From assembly GCA_026391695.1 (NCBI GenBank), contig JAPLDP010000077.1:6462-70461 (forward strand): a DNA stretch of 64,000 bases, written 5' to 3'. Below, in pieces: positions 18,826 through 27,305 of the stretch (its first letter is position 1; each line of letters starts with the position of its first letter). Source of the DNA: Bacteroidota bacterium (lineage in GTDB: Bacteria > Bacteroidota > Bacteroidia > Bacteroidales > JAGONC01). The notes beneath the pieces are model-generated. The model did no database searches and was not told the DNA's origin. It saw only the letters and a program-made list of their open reading frames with translations. A program made the position numbers and the translations under genes.

Positions 18826-21800
18826 TTATATACCCGGAATCAGTTCAGACAGTTCTATGGGGTAGTTGCCCTTGTAAATATTCCCGAGGTATCCATCGAT
18901 AGCTATCCTGTCGCCGGATTTGAATTTCATGGCATTGATTGCGCATTCTTTTTTCTTTTCATTAACAGCCAGGTCAATGCAATTGACGACGCAGACTTTA
19001 CCGAGCCTGACAGCTGTGACAGCGGCGTGCGAAGTAGCCCCTCCCTTGGAGGTCAGCAGACCGTCACATTTGAAAACCATACCGATGTCGTCAGGAACCG
19101 TATCAGGTCTTACGAGAATATGGTTTTGCCCGGGGAATTGTACCTTGAATTTGTCCAGGTCGTCCATGTCAAAAGAAAGGATGCCGTTCATGGCGCCTCC
19201 ACCGATTCCGATGCCCCTGCCGACCAGTTGCATGTCATGTGGTGATAAGCTGAATACGTTTATCTTTTGCTGATTCAGGATATCCAGGTCGCGGGTTTGG
19301 AGAATAAAAACATCATTAGGATTCTCCGACTCAAACGTGAATTCAATTTCCTGAGGCGGGTAACCATGATTTTCAATGAGATCGACGGCAATTTGCTGGA
19401 TTCTCCTGTAAATTTCCGGCATGGCGCTTTGCAGGGAACGTTTTTTCATCCGCGACAGTTTCCTCTGATTTTCGGAAATGGGTAATGTATGTACAAGTCC
19501 ACTGACAATATCTTCGCCCTGGCTGCAGAAAGTGAAGTCACCATAGAGATTCACTCCTGGTTTCGGATCATGAGGATAACGTGTAAAAACAACACCAGTT
19601 CCGGAGTATTTATGCAGGTTACCCAGGATCATCTTCTGAATGATGACTGCAGTGCCCCACTCGTTGGCAATGCCGAGGTGCTGCCGGTAAGCCCTGGCCC
19701 TTTCAGATGACCAGGATTCAAAGACATAACTGATGGTTTGCTTCAGTTGCTCTTGTAAGTCCTGTTCAAAATATATATTGTTATCCGACAAGACTTTCTT
19801 ATAGGCCATTGCAATCTGGTGCATAAGTGCAGGTTCAAAATTGGCCTTCTGATCGACTTTGTATTTCTTCTTATAGGCCTGGATGGTCTGATCGAAAACA
19901 TCACGGGCAATACCGTTGGCCATGCCCCAGCACTGCAGCAGACGACGGTAGGAATCCCATGATGTCCAGCCGAAGTTATGCTGTTTACTCAACTCTATAG
20001 TGAGCTCGTCATTCATGCCGACATCAAGGAATGTCGTCATGGCTCCAGGCATTGAAATAGCTGATCCTGAACGGACTGATAATAATAGTGGGTTTTTTGG
20101 GTTGCCAAATTCCCTGCCTGTGAGTTTTTCGAGCCGTTTAATCTGGGTAAGAATCATACGGTCCATTTCTTCTCCTATATCCGGCAGGTTAGAAATGGCA
20201 TTCCTGCAGCGGAACACTTCAGTAGTCAGCACAAAACCCTGGGGAACAGGAAATTCAGACAAATACATTTTTTTTAAGAAGTACCCCTTTGAACCCAGGA
20301 AGATTTGGTTGTCCATTTCAACGGTTTCTTCGCTGATAGGACTGATGACCAGGTCGGAGTTGTAAGACATGACATCATTGATAAGTGCCTGTGGCAGATG
20401 ATCAGCCATATTCCGCAAGCTATGCAGAACCCTTGAAACAAGATTATCAAGTGGCTGAACCAGAAAAGCTGAAGAGATAATATCCCTGTAAAATTCCTCT
20501 GATTTTTTATTCAGCAATACGGCCATGGACTTTTCATCCTTTTCGTTTTCCGGCCTGAATAACCGGGGAATGATTTCATAAAGCGGATATTCGTAAGTTT
20601 TCAGAAAATATTTGTCGATCGATTTTTTAATATCTTCTGCGATAAACTGGAAGATATTGATATACTGTTCAAGCGAGAAGCTTCTCGATATCAGGCTGTA
20701 TTTAAGCATTTCCAGGTTGGATGTGAAGCCCTGACTATAGATACCATCGAATTCCAGTCCTTCCCTGAAATATTCAAGGATCTCATAAATGCGGTTGAGT
20801 GTTTTGGCAGAAATATAATCCAGGTTGATATTGTCAACCACCTTTTCCATCAACCGTGTGGCGATCTTTTCAAGCCTGAATGTCAGCCCGAGCGCTTCAA
20901 ACTTGTTTTCCCTGTAAACACCGTACATGGATGGTATGCCAATGGCAATATGCCTTTTATAATAGATATTCTCCCATCCTTCACTTGGAGAGGGATTGAA
21001 AATAATCTGCTTGAGTTTTTCCATGAAGCTGTATATCATCTTCAGGGATTTCTCGAAATTGTTACTTTTCAGGGCTTTGCTGAACTTTTCGATCTCTTTG
21101 TTATCAAGAAAAGGAAATTTTTTAAGAATGGCGCTGATATCAACTGTATCGAAGGAATATTTTTCTTTTAGCAGGAAATAGAGTTTCCTGAGGAATTTGA
21201 TTCTTTCTTTATCCCTGTTATTATTATCTGTTATCTGTGCGATGAGTTCCTCGAATTTTGATTCTTCCAGGTCAAGGAGTTCAGTATGCCGGCAGCTGCT
21301 TTTTTCACAAAGGCTATGCACCATCAGGTGTACAGGGGCAAACCATTCACCCTCCAAATCGATCGATTCGTAAACGTCGGAAGGAAGTAAAGGCTTTAAT
21401 TTACTGAGGTCACCATCGTACCAGAAGCTGAAAATTTTCCTGGTCAGGTCTATCAGGGTATTGTTGCTCTCGGTATGTACCTGTTTGCGTAGGAAATGGA
21501 TAAGACGATCCTGGCGGCGTGAGAGTTCGTCAATAGATGTTGTGATATGACGGATATCGCCTTCGGCACCTATCTCATTAAAATAAACAGGGAAAATCTT
21601 TGTGAGTTGTTTGACACGCTTATAGTATGGAGCAATATTGGAATTAAGGATCTTACTGATATCGCGCTGGAAGAGGTCAGTGTCATTGATAAATATACCA
21701 CCGAGTTTAAGGTTAACAATTAGGGAAGAAAGCAGACGCTCAAGGATCATGTGAGGGTATTCAATCAACTCAAGCCAGACCCTGATATTTTTGATATGAT

Positions 21801-22959
21801 TTGGATTCACATTGATCTGCCAGTCTTCATTTACATATACGATGCCGGGGATTTCGAAGCCAAAATCGATGAGTTTACTTTCAAAATGGCTCACGAGCTG
21901 TCGTTCTTCAGTATCATCTACATCTATGAGCTTCTTACCCAGTGTCAGCAGGCAATCCAATACCGAGGACATATGATTCTTGCGCAATTGTTCAGACAGT
22001 TCGAAGATTTTATCAGTGAAATCTTTGAGCTCATCTTTCTCGATTTCATCGATGGTATTGCGGAGCAGCTTATTGATGTTCCAGATCAGCCGGTCTTTTA
22101 CCTGTGCCATACCTGGTAGATAGAGCAGATAGAACGAATAGTAGAACTTTTCAATGAACGATTCAAAAATATCCGTAAATCGACTATAGTTGTCGGCAAT
22201 GGCATCATAAGTAGGAATTTCTGTGGTCAGTGCCTGCCAGTCGGTGATCGTTTCAATTTTTGCCTTGAGAGCATCGAAATAGGGCTGACCGACTGTTGCC
22301 AGTTCTGCAGAATAATCTCTCCTGAGGATCTGTTTTCTGCTGTTCATCCATGCATTAATCTGGGATGTTTGTTCCCAGAAAAGGATGTTTTTATAAAGGA
22401 TTTCCTGTGTAAGCCGAAAGACTTCATCACAGAAGGATGGCAACTGAACCGTGACGGTGAGGTGCTTGATAAAAAACCTTGAACTCTCAATGAAACTTTC
22501 TTTCCTCAATTCAAGATTCCTTTTAAATATATGAAGGCATTCGGAGATCGTATGATGAAGGATTTTCCTTTGCCGGCTCAGCAATTCAACGAATTCAATC
22601 AGCGTCTGGATGATTTCCAGATGCAATTCTTTTTTCAGGTCACACTGTAACAGTTTATCCTGAACATCCAGGATGACATCAAAAGCTTTTTCGGCCTGTT
22701 CATTTCCGAAATAAAACCAGAAATCCCCGAGGAGAATCTCCCTGAGCTGTTCAACAACAAATTTGCGGTTTGAGAAGGGGTGGGAATATTCAATCAGGCA
22801 TTCGCTGGCCCGTTTGCTAATGCCATAATACGATTCAGACAGTGTAATGAAAAACTGATGTGATTCCGGGATCACAATATTTTTATAGCGTGTTTCAGCC
22901 AGGTTAGCCTCCAGGGCTTTAGATATGAACTTATCTGCCATGAACCAGCAACTTTGCAT
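18826..22959 (-). CDS. PPDK-like ATP-grasp + phosphohistidine-swivel protein with a large uncharacterised N-terminal domain and no PEP/pyruvate barrel
   Basis: 1377-aa ORF. Residues from about 885 to 1377 carry PPDK/PEPS motifs (PLLLSVRSGSAISMPGAMTTFLDVGMN, WDSYRRLLQ, EWGTAVIIQKMILGN, SGTGVVFTRYP, SQGEDIVSG, GGATSHAAV). An alternative start, MADKF, is at 22941. Confidence 0.85.
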   Translation of the reverse strand: MQSCWFMADKFISKALEANLAETRYKNIVIPESHQFFITLSESYYGISKRASECLIEYSHPFSNRKFVVEQLREILLGDFWFYFGNEQAEKAFDVILDVQDKLLQCDLKKELHLEIIQTLIEFVELLSRQRKILHHTISECLHIFKRNLELRKESFIESSRFFIKHLTVTVQLPSFCDEVFRLTQEILYKNILFWEQTSQINAWMNSRKQILRRDYSAELATVGQPYFDALKAKIETITDWQALTTEIPTYDAIADNYSRFTDIFESFIEKFYYSFYLLYLPGMAQVKDRLIWNINKLLRNTIDEIEKDELKDFTDKIFELSEQLRKNHMSSVLDCLLTLGKKLIDVDDTEERQLVSHFESKLIDFGFEIPGIVYVNEDWQINVNPNHIKNIRVWLELIEYPHMILERLLSSLIVNLKLGGIFINDTDLFQRDISKILNSNIAPYYKRVKQLTKIFPVYFNEIGAEGDIRHITTSIDELSRRQDRLIHFLRKQVHTESNNTLIDLTRKIFSFWYDGDLSKLKPLLPSDVYESIDLEGEWFAPVHLMVHSLCEKSSCRHTELLDLEESKFEELIAQITDNNNRDKERIKFLRKLYFLLKEKYSFDTVDISAILKKFPFLDNKEIEKFSKALKSNNFEKSLKMIYSFMEKLKQIIFNPSPSEGWENIYYKRHIAIGIPSMYGVYRENKFEALGLTFRLEKIATRLMEKVVDNINLDYISAKTLNRIYEILEYFREGLEFDGIYSQGFTSNLEMLKYSLISRSFSLEQYINIFQFIAEDIKKSIDKYFLKTYEYPLYEIIPRLFRPENEKDEKSMAVLLNKKSEEFYRDIISSAFLVQPLDNLVSRVLHSLRNMADHLPQALINDVMSYNSDLVISPISEETVEMDNQIFLGSKGYFLKKMYLSEFPVPQGFVLTTEVFRCRNAISNLPDIGEEMDRMILTQIKRLEKLTGREFGNPKNPLLLSVRSGSAISMPGAMTTFLDVGMNDELTIELSKQHNFGWTSWDSYRRLLQCWGMANGIARDVFDQTIQAYKKKYKVDQKANFEPALMHQIAMAYKKVLSDNNIYFEQDLQEQLKQTISYVFESWSSERARAYRQHLGIANEWGTAVIIQKMILGNLHKYSGTGVVFTRYPHDPKPGVNLYGDFTFCSQGEDIVSGLVHTLPISENQRKLSRMKKRSLQSAMPEIYRRIQQIAVDLIENHGYPPQEIEFTFESENPNDVFILQTRDLDILNQQKINVFSLSPHDMQLVGRGIGIGGGAMNGILSFDMDDLDKFKVQFPGQNHILVRPDTVPDDIGMVFKCDGLLTSKGGATSHAAVTAVRLGKVCVVNCIDLAVNEKKKECAINAMKFKSGDRIAIDGYLGNIYKGNYPIELSELIPGI

Positions 22960-23058
22960 GCAAAATTAATCTAAACCACCGAAATAAAGCCAGATTTTAC
23001 GGCTAATTTCATCACTGTAACGAATACGGTGACAGATCTGAACAAAAGTTTATTTTTT

Positions 23059-23076
23059 TTGTTATTTTATTAACAA
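23059..23076. promoter_or_regulatory. Rex/Crp-Fnr-type palindromic operator candidate TTGTTATTTTATTAACAA between the 1377-aa gene and gap
   Basis: Same 19-mer as at 10800-10818. It sits 18 nt upstream of a TAnnTTTG box, over the expected -33 region of the gap promoter. Confidence 0.45.
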
Positions 23077-23093
23077 TCTTAATTCTTAAAGTA

Positions 23094-23101
23094 TAATTTT
23101 G
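23094..23101 (+). promoter_or_regulatory. Bacteroidota-type -7 promoter box (TAATTTTG) for gap
   Basis: Matches the TAnnTTTG consensus of Bacteroides sigma-A promoters, about 80 nt upstream of the gap ATG. Confidence 0.4.
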
Positions 23102-23182
23102 CACCGCGTAAAAAAACCCGATTCACCAGGTCTTCACGACTGGGTCAGTTTTAATAGTGTTCAATAATTAAAATTTACAATA

Positions 23183-24184
23183 ATGGCTAAGATTAAAGTT
23201 GCTATTAATGGTTTTGGAAGGATAGGCCGCAATGTTCTTAAGATCGCCCTTGAGAGGGAAAATATTGAAATTATCGGGATAAATGACCTGACTAATACCA
23301 AAACACTCGCACATTTGCTCAAGTATGACTCCACCCAGGGAAAATTTAATGGCACGATAGGATTTGATGACACGAATATCATTGTCAACGGGAAAAAGAT
23401 CTCCGTATCGGCTGAGAAGAGTCCTGCCAATATCCCATGGCCGGAGAGTCCAGACGTAGTAGTGGAAGCTACGGGTATATTCCGCAACAAGGAAAGCGCT
23501 AAAGGCGGCTATGGTGATCACTTAAAAAATGGAGCAAAGAAGGTCATTTTAACAGTTCCTGCAAAGGATGATATTGATAACACAATCGTTATCGGTGTTA
23601 ACGACAGGGATTTGAGAGAAACCGACCAGTGCATTTCGAATGCTTCCTGCACAACCAATTGCCTGGCGCCTGTTGCAAAAGTTCTGAATGACAGGTTCGG
23701 CATCGAAAATGGATTCATGACTACCATTCATTCTTATACTAATGATCAGCGTATTCTTGATGCGCCTCATTCGGATCTGAGAAGGGCGAGGTCATGTGCC
23801 ATATCGCAGATACCGACCACCACCGGTGCTGCAAAAGCTGTTGGTAAGGTCATCCCTGAGCTGAAAGGCAAACTGGATGGGTTGGCCATTCGCGTTCCTA
23901 CTCCGACAGGGTCAGTGGTCGACTTCGTGGCCAACCTGAAAGTGGAAGCAACAAAGGAAGAAGTCAATTTGGCTATGAAAGAAGCAGCCGAAGGCCCCAT
24001 GAATGGCATACTCGAATATACGGAAGATCCGATCGTTTCAGTCGATATTATCCATAACACGCATTCTTCCATCTTCGATGCACTCAGCACTATGGTCATG
24101 GGGAAAACCATAAAGGTGCTGGCCTGGTATGACAATGAATGGGGTTATTCCTGCAGGGTGGTCGATTTAATCGAAAAGCTATAG
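23183..24184 (+). CDS. gap: type I glyceraldehyde-3-phosphate dehydrogenase
   Basis: MAKIKVAINGFGRIGR start, active site SNASCTTNCLAP, and C-terminal WYDNEWGYS. Length is 333 aa. Confidence 0.97.
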   Translation: MAKIKVAINGFGRIGRNVLKIALERENIEIIGINDLTNTKTLAHLLKYDSTQGKFNGTIGFDDTNIIVNGKKISVSAEKSPANIPWPESPDVVVEATGIFRNKESAKGGYGDHLKNGAKKVILTVPAKDDIDNTIVIGVNDRDLRETDQCISNASCTTNCLAPVAKVLNDRFGIENGFMTTIHSYTNDQRILDAPHSDLRRARSCAISQIPTTTGAAKAVGKVIPELKGKLDGLAIRVPTPTGSVVDFVANLKVEATKEEVNLAMKEAAEGPMNGILEYTEDPIVSVDIIHNTHSSIFDALSTMVMGKTIKVLAWYDNEWGYSCRVVDLIEKL

Positions 24185-24245
24185 TTACGCGCCTTTCATT
24201 ATTGTGACTTGTGAAGTCTCAGAATTTGGCAGGATGGATAGCGGT

Positions 24246-26846
24246 TTATTTCAAAATGTAAACCACACCCTGCAAGGCTCTCTTCATTAAGCCCTTGAGT
24301 GTGTATTCATAGACATCGCAGGTATAGAAATAAGGACCATCGCTGCATTCACGGTTTGTATTTTTATCCTTTCCATCCCAGTCAATCTTCGGGTTGGTTG
24401 TCTCATAAACCACTGTACCCCAGCGGTTAAAAATTTTCAGGTCGATGCTTTCCACTGAAGTATAGGGGAATGGGACCAAATAATCGTTATATCCGTCCCC
24501 ATTTGGCGTAAAGACATTTGGCAGGGCATAAACCGGACAGGCATGAATACTCACACATACCAGATTGCTGTAATCGCTTTGATTACCGGTGGTGTCGATG
24601 GCTGTTATTGCATAACACCCTGCAATACCCAGCAGGTTCGCATGCAGGAAAGTCGTGTCATCAGCGCTCAAAGTTGAATCCAGGAGTATAATATCAGATT
24701 GTATGGTTGGTGAAAAATAGATAAAGTATTTTTCGACATCTGTGCAGCAAATATTATTCGGATTGGTCCATATCAGCCTGTTTAACACCTGTTCACAATC
24801 GGTTTCAACGGTCAGTTCCGGCGGGCATGGAGGAACATTATCCAACGGACTGGCACAGGATATTTGCGAAAAATTAATGATGGGATCAATGATCCCCGGC
24901 GCGGAATAAGCACCAACAGTTTTTATATAATAACAGTAATTGACCTTATTGATCAGTCCGCTGTCATTATAAAATGGTACCGCGCTGGATCCAATGGAGT
25001 CAAAAAGTTGTGTCGCAGGGTTCTTACGGTAGATAATATTGACATCATTGTGCCAGGGTACGTTTTCTTCCCATGCCAGTTCAAGTTTGTTGTCGGTCGG
25101 GGTGATACTCAGGTATACCGACGAAGCAATCTGCGTTGAGCCAATCAGGAACCGGTTACCGGGTGTGTCATTATACAGCTCGATCCGGTAACTTGACGCA
25201 AAATCAGCTGTGTTGACAGGCAAATCGTGGTAAATGGTATCATTAAGGTCGGACAGGGAGTCAATCAATATCAGATTAGCACCAGTGAATCCATCAGAAC
25301 GGTAGATCAGGTATTTGTAAGGGCCAGGAGCCTGCAAAACATCCAGTTCTGTGGGTTTTGACCATGCCACATAAATGCTGCCGTCGGTTGTACCCGTTGT
25401 TTCAATGCTGACATTGGTAATGATAGGGACATCCTTTTTCAGAGATGCGCAGGCTTCATCAGATGCATAGCTTTCTGCCTCATCCGGAAAAACTGCCACC
25501 ACCCGGTAGCAATACTGAATTCCATGAATGAGACCGTTGCCATTGTTGTCATCGGTGAATAGCGTATCATCAATAGACAGGCGGTCAGCAATGGGTATGT
25601 AGCCAGTAAATTCGGGCAATCCTGTCACACAGTAACCAAGTTCTCCGGTGAACGATCCAAAACGACGGTACACCCTGTAACCGGAAGCATTTGAACAGGG
25701 ACTTTTGTTCCAGGCCAGATGAACAGAATTACCAATAGGAGTGGCTGTGAGGTTTTCAGGCGGTGGCCCATTGACGAGGATATTCACTGTTTTCATGTCA
25801 ATGAGTTTTACGGGCTGGCCATCATCAGTAACTTTGAAAAACACTTGGTAGGGTCGTTTCTGGACATGAAGACAGGCGGTTTGCCATGTAAATGTCGACT
25901 TCACATATCCTGTGGAATCAACAGGTTGGGGAAAATCAGCAGGATTATTTTCCATGACAATTGGACCACCTGTAGCTGTGAGTGTGATCACATCGTTGTT
26001 GATATCGGTAGCTATGACATCGAAGGATATCGTTGATCCGGCAGTGACACAAGTATCCTGTAATGGTTGAATGACAGGTGGATCATTGTTGCATGCGGCG
26101 ATGTGGATTTGCATATCGCGGGTGATGGCGCTGATGCGAACGCCATGACGCCATTCCTCAATAAGCATAGCCAGGTTAAATTCGCCCTGCATGGTCGGAT
26201 GATCCCATAGTATGTCTCCTGTCAAAGGATTAATGGTAAGTTCGCCGGGAGGATTATCAGGGTCAGCGACGTTGGGATACACAAAACCGGGTATCACTTC
26301 ACCCTCAGCGCCCCTGCAGGGAATGAAACGGTAAGAAATACTATCACCGTCAATGTCATAAGCACCGGGATTATGGATGTAAGGTATACCTGTGCATCCA
26401 TCATCCAAAGGCGGATTAAGTAAGACAGGTGAGTTGTCTGGACCAAGAAAGGGATTAATGACAAGGGTTGTCTGTATATAAAGCGGAACATTGACGGAAT
26501 TGGGAATATTTATGATGCCATAGTTCCGGTTAGGATCTTCAAGAGATATGACATAGGCAGAATAGCCGCTGTAAGTATGCTGTCCGACATAAACATTGCG
26601 CCGGATGTCATTAGCGAGGTCTACTTTTTCAGTACGTGGCAGGATGCTTGATGTGCCATCGCCCCAGAGGATCTCAAGTTCAGGCCTGTCGGCAGGGCTC
26701 GGAGCAAAGGTATAGGTGAGTATCTTGAACTCATAGGTCAGTCCGCTGATATGCCGGAATGTGATCTCGCCCGACCGTTGATGTGTAGCTACGACAGATA
26801 CAGAGCAAAGTAGAAATAGTATTACCGATAGAAATCGCCTCATCAC
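24246..26846 (-). CDS. large secreted protein with T9SS type-B (gliding-motility CHU_C) C-terminal sorting domain
   Basis: Signal peptide, Ig/FN3-like repeats, and the C-terminal motif PNVFTPNGDGYNDYL...LKIFNRWGTVVYE...WDGKD...GPYFY. Confidence 0.85.
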   Translation of the reverse strand: MMRRFLSVILFLLCSVSVVATHQRSGEITFRHISGLTYEFKILTYTFAPSPADRPELEILWGDGTSSILPRTEKVDLANDIRRNVYVGQHTYSGYSAYVISLEDPNRNYGIINIPNSVNVPLYIQTTLVINPFLGPDNSPVLLNPPLDDGCTGIPYIHNPGAYDIDGDSISYRFIPCRGAEGEVIPGFVYPNVADPDNPPGELTINPLTGDILWDHPTMQGEFNLAMLIEEWRHGVRISAITRDMQIHIAACNNDPPVIQPLQDTCVTAGSTISFDVIATDINNDVITLTATGGPIVMENNPADFPQPVDSTGYVKSTFTWQTACLHVQKRPYQVFFKVTDDGQPVKLIDMKTVNILVNGPPPENLTATPIGNSVHLAWNKSPCSNASGYRVYRRFGSFTGELGYCVTGLPEFTGYIPIADRLSIDDTLFTDDNNGNGLIHGIQYCYRVVAVFPDEAESYASDEACASLKKDVPIITNVSIETTGTTDGSIYVAWSKPTELDVLQAPGPYKYLIYRSDGFTGANLILIDSLSDLNDTIYHDLPVNTADFASSYRIELYNDTPGNRFLIGSTQIASSVYLSITPTDNKLELAWEENVPWHNDVNIIYRKNPATQLFDSIGSSAVPFYNDSGLINKVNYCYYIKTVGAYSAPGIIDPIINFSQISCASPLDNVPPCPPELTVETDCEQVLNRLIWTNPNNICCTDVEKYFIYFSPTIQSDIILLDSTLSADDTTFLHANLLGIAGCYAITAIDTTGNQSDYSNLVCVSIHACPVYALPNVFTPNGDGYNDYLVPFPYTSVESIDLKIFNRWGTVVYETTNPKIDWDGKDKNTNRECSDGPYFYTCDVYEYTLKGLMKRALQGVVYILK

Positions 26847-26964
26847 AGCTTAATAACGGATAGACAGTATAAAAAGTTCACCCCCGCTTCCCAAATTCCA
26901 TGTCAAACTTAAGCATTTTTTACAGCAAAAATTTGACCAAAATAAAAAAGGAAAAATTTCCTGA

Positions 26965-27052
26965 AAATCCTGAAAGGATTTAACATGAATAACCAAGCCA
27001 GAAAGGCTTGGTCACAAGCAATATACCACAGAACAGAACCCTGAAAGGGTTC
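26965..27052. other. three consecutive 7-bp-stem hairpins with GAAA-containing loops
   Basis: AAATCCTGAAAGGATTT (26965-26981), CCAAGCCAGAAAGGCTTGG (26993-27011) and GAACCCTGAAAGGGTTC (27036-27052). Confidence 0.6.
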
Positions 27053-27109
27053 AATATTTATAAACATTGATTTTACCATGGTATCTCAATTTCAGCTAAT
27101 TTTGTAAGA

Positions 27110-27263
27110 GAGGCTGTCTCAAAAGTCCTTAGTGTCCCTTGGTGATTACCTTTGTGTCTCTTTGAGGTTAATCTAATTAATTGTACCACAAAGAGTCACA
27201 AAGCATACATAAAGTAACACAAAGTCAGAAAAACAATTTTCCAACACTTTTGCGACTGCCTCA
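27110..27263. repeat. MITE-like palindromic repeat, copy A (154 bp, terminal inverted repeats GAGGCTGTCTCAAAAG)
   Basis: The reverse complement aligns without gaps to 59591-59745 with about 16 mismatches. The arms are made of CTTTGTG/CACAAAG heptamers. Confidence 0.8.
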
Positions 27264-27305
27264 ATGTCCTGTTCGTTTTCCCGACGGGCGCCAACAAATT
27301 CGACT

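Noticed and set aside
23161-24135. Antisense ORFs of 109, 117, 69, 73 and 122 aa across gap
   Set aside because: They are shadow ORFs opposite a canonical GAPDH gene, with no motifs.
27264-27305. Upstream ATG giving relA/spoT a 14-residue leader (MSCSFSRRAPTNST)
   Set aside because: It starts on the first base after the repeat element, and the leader has no resemblance to RSH N-termini. The start at MYQVDLEKEKHEIIRRYRNLL fits the family. The upstream ATG is not fully excluded.
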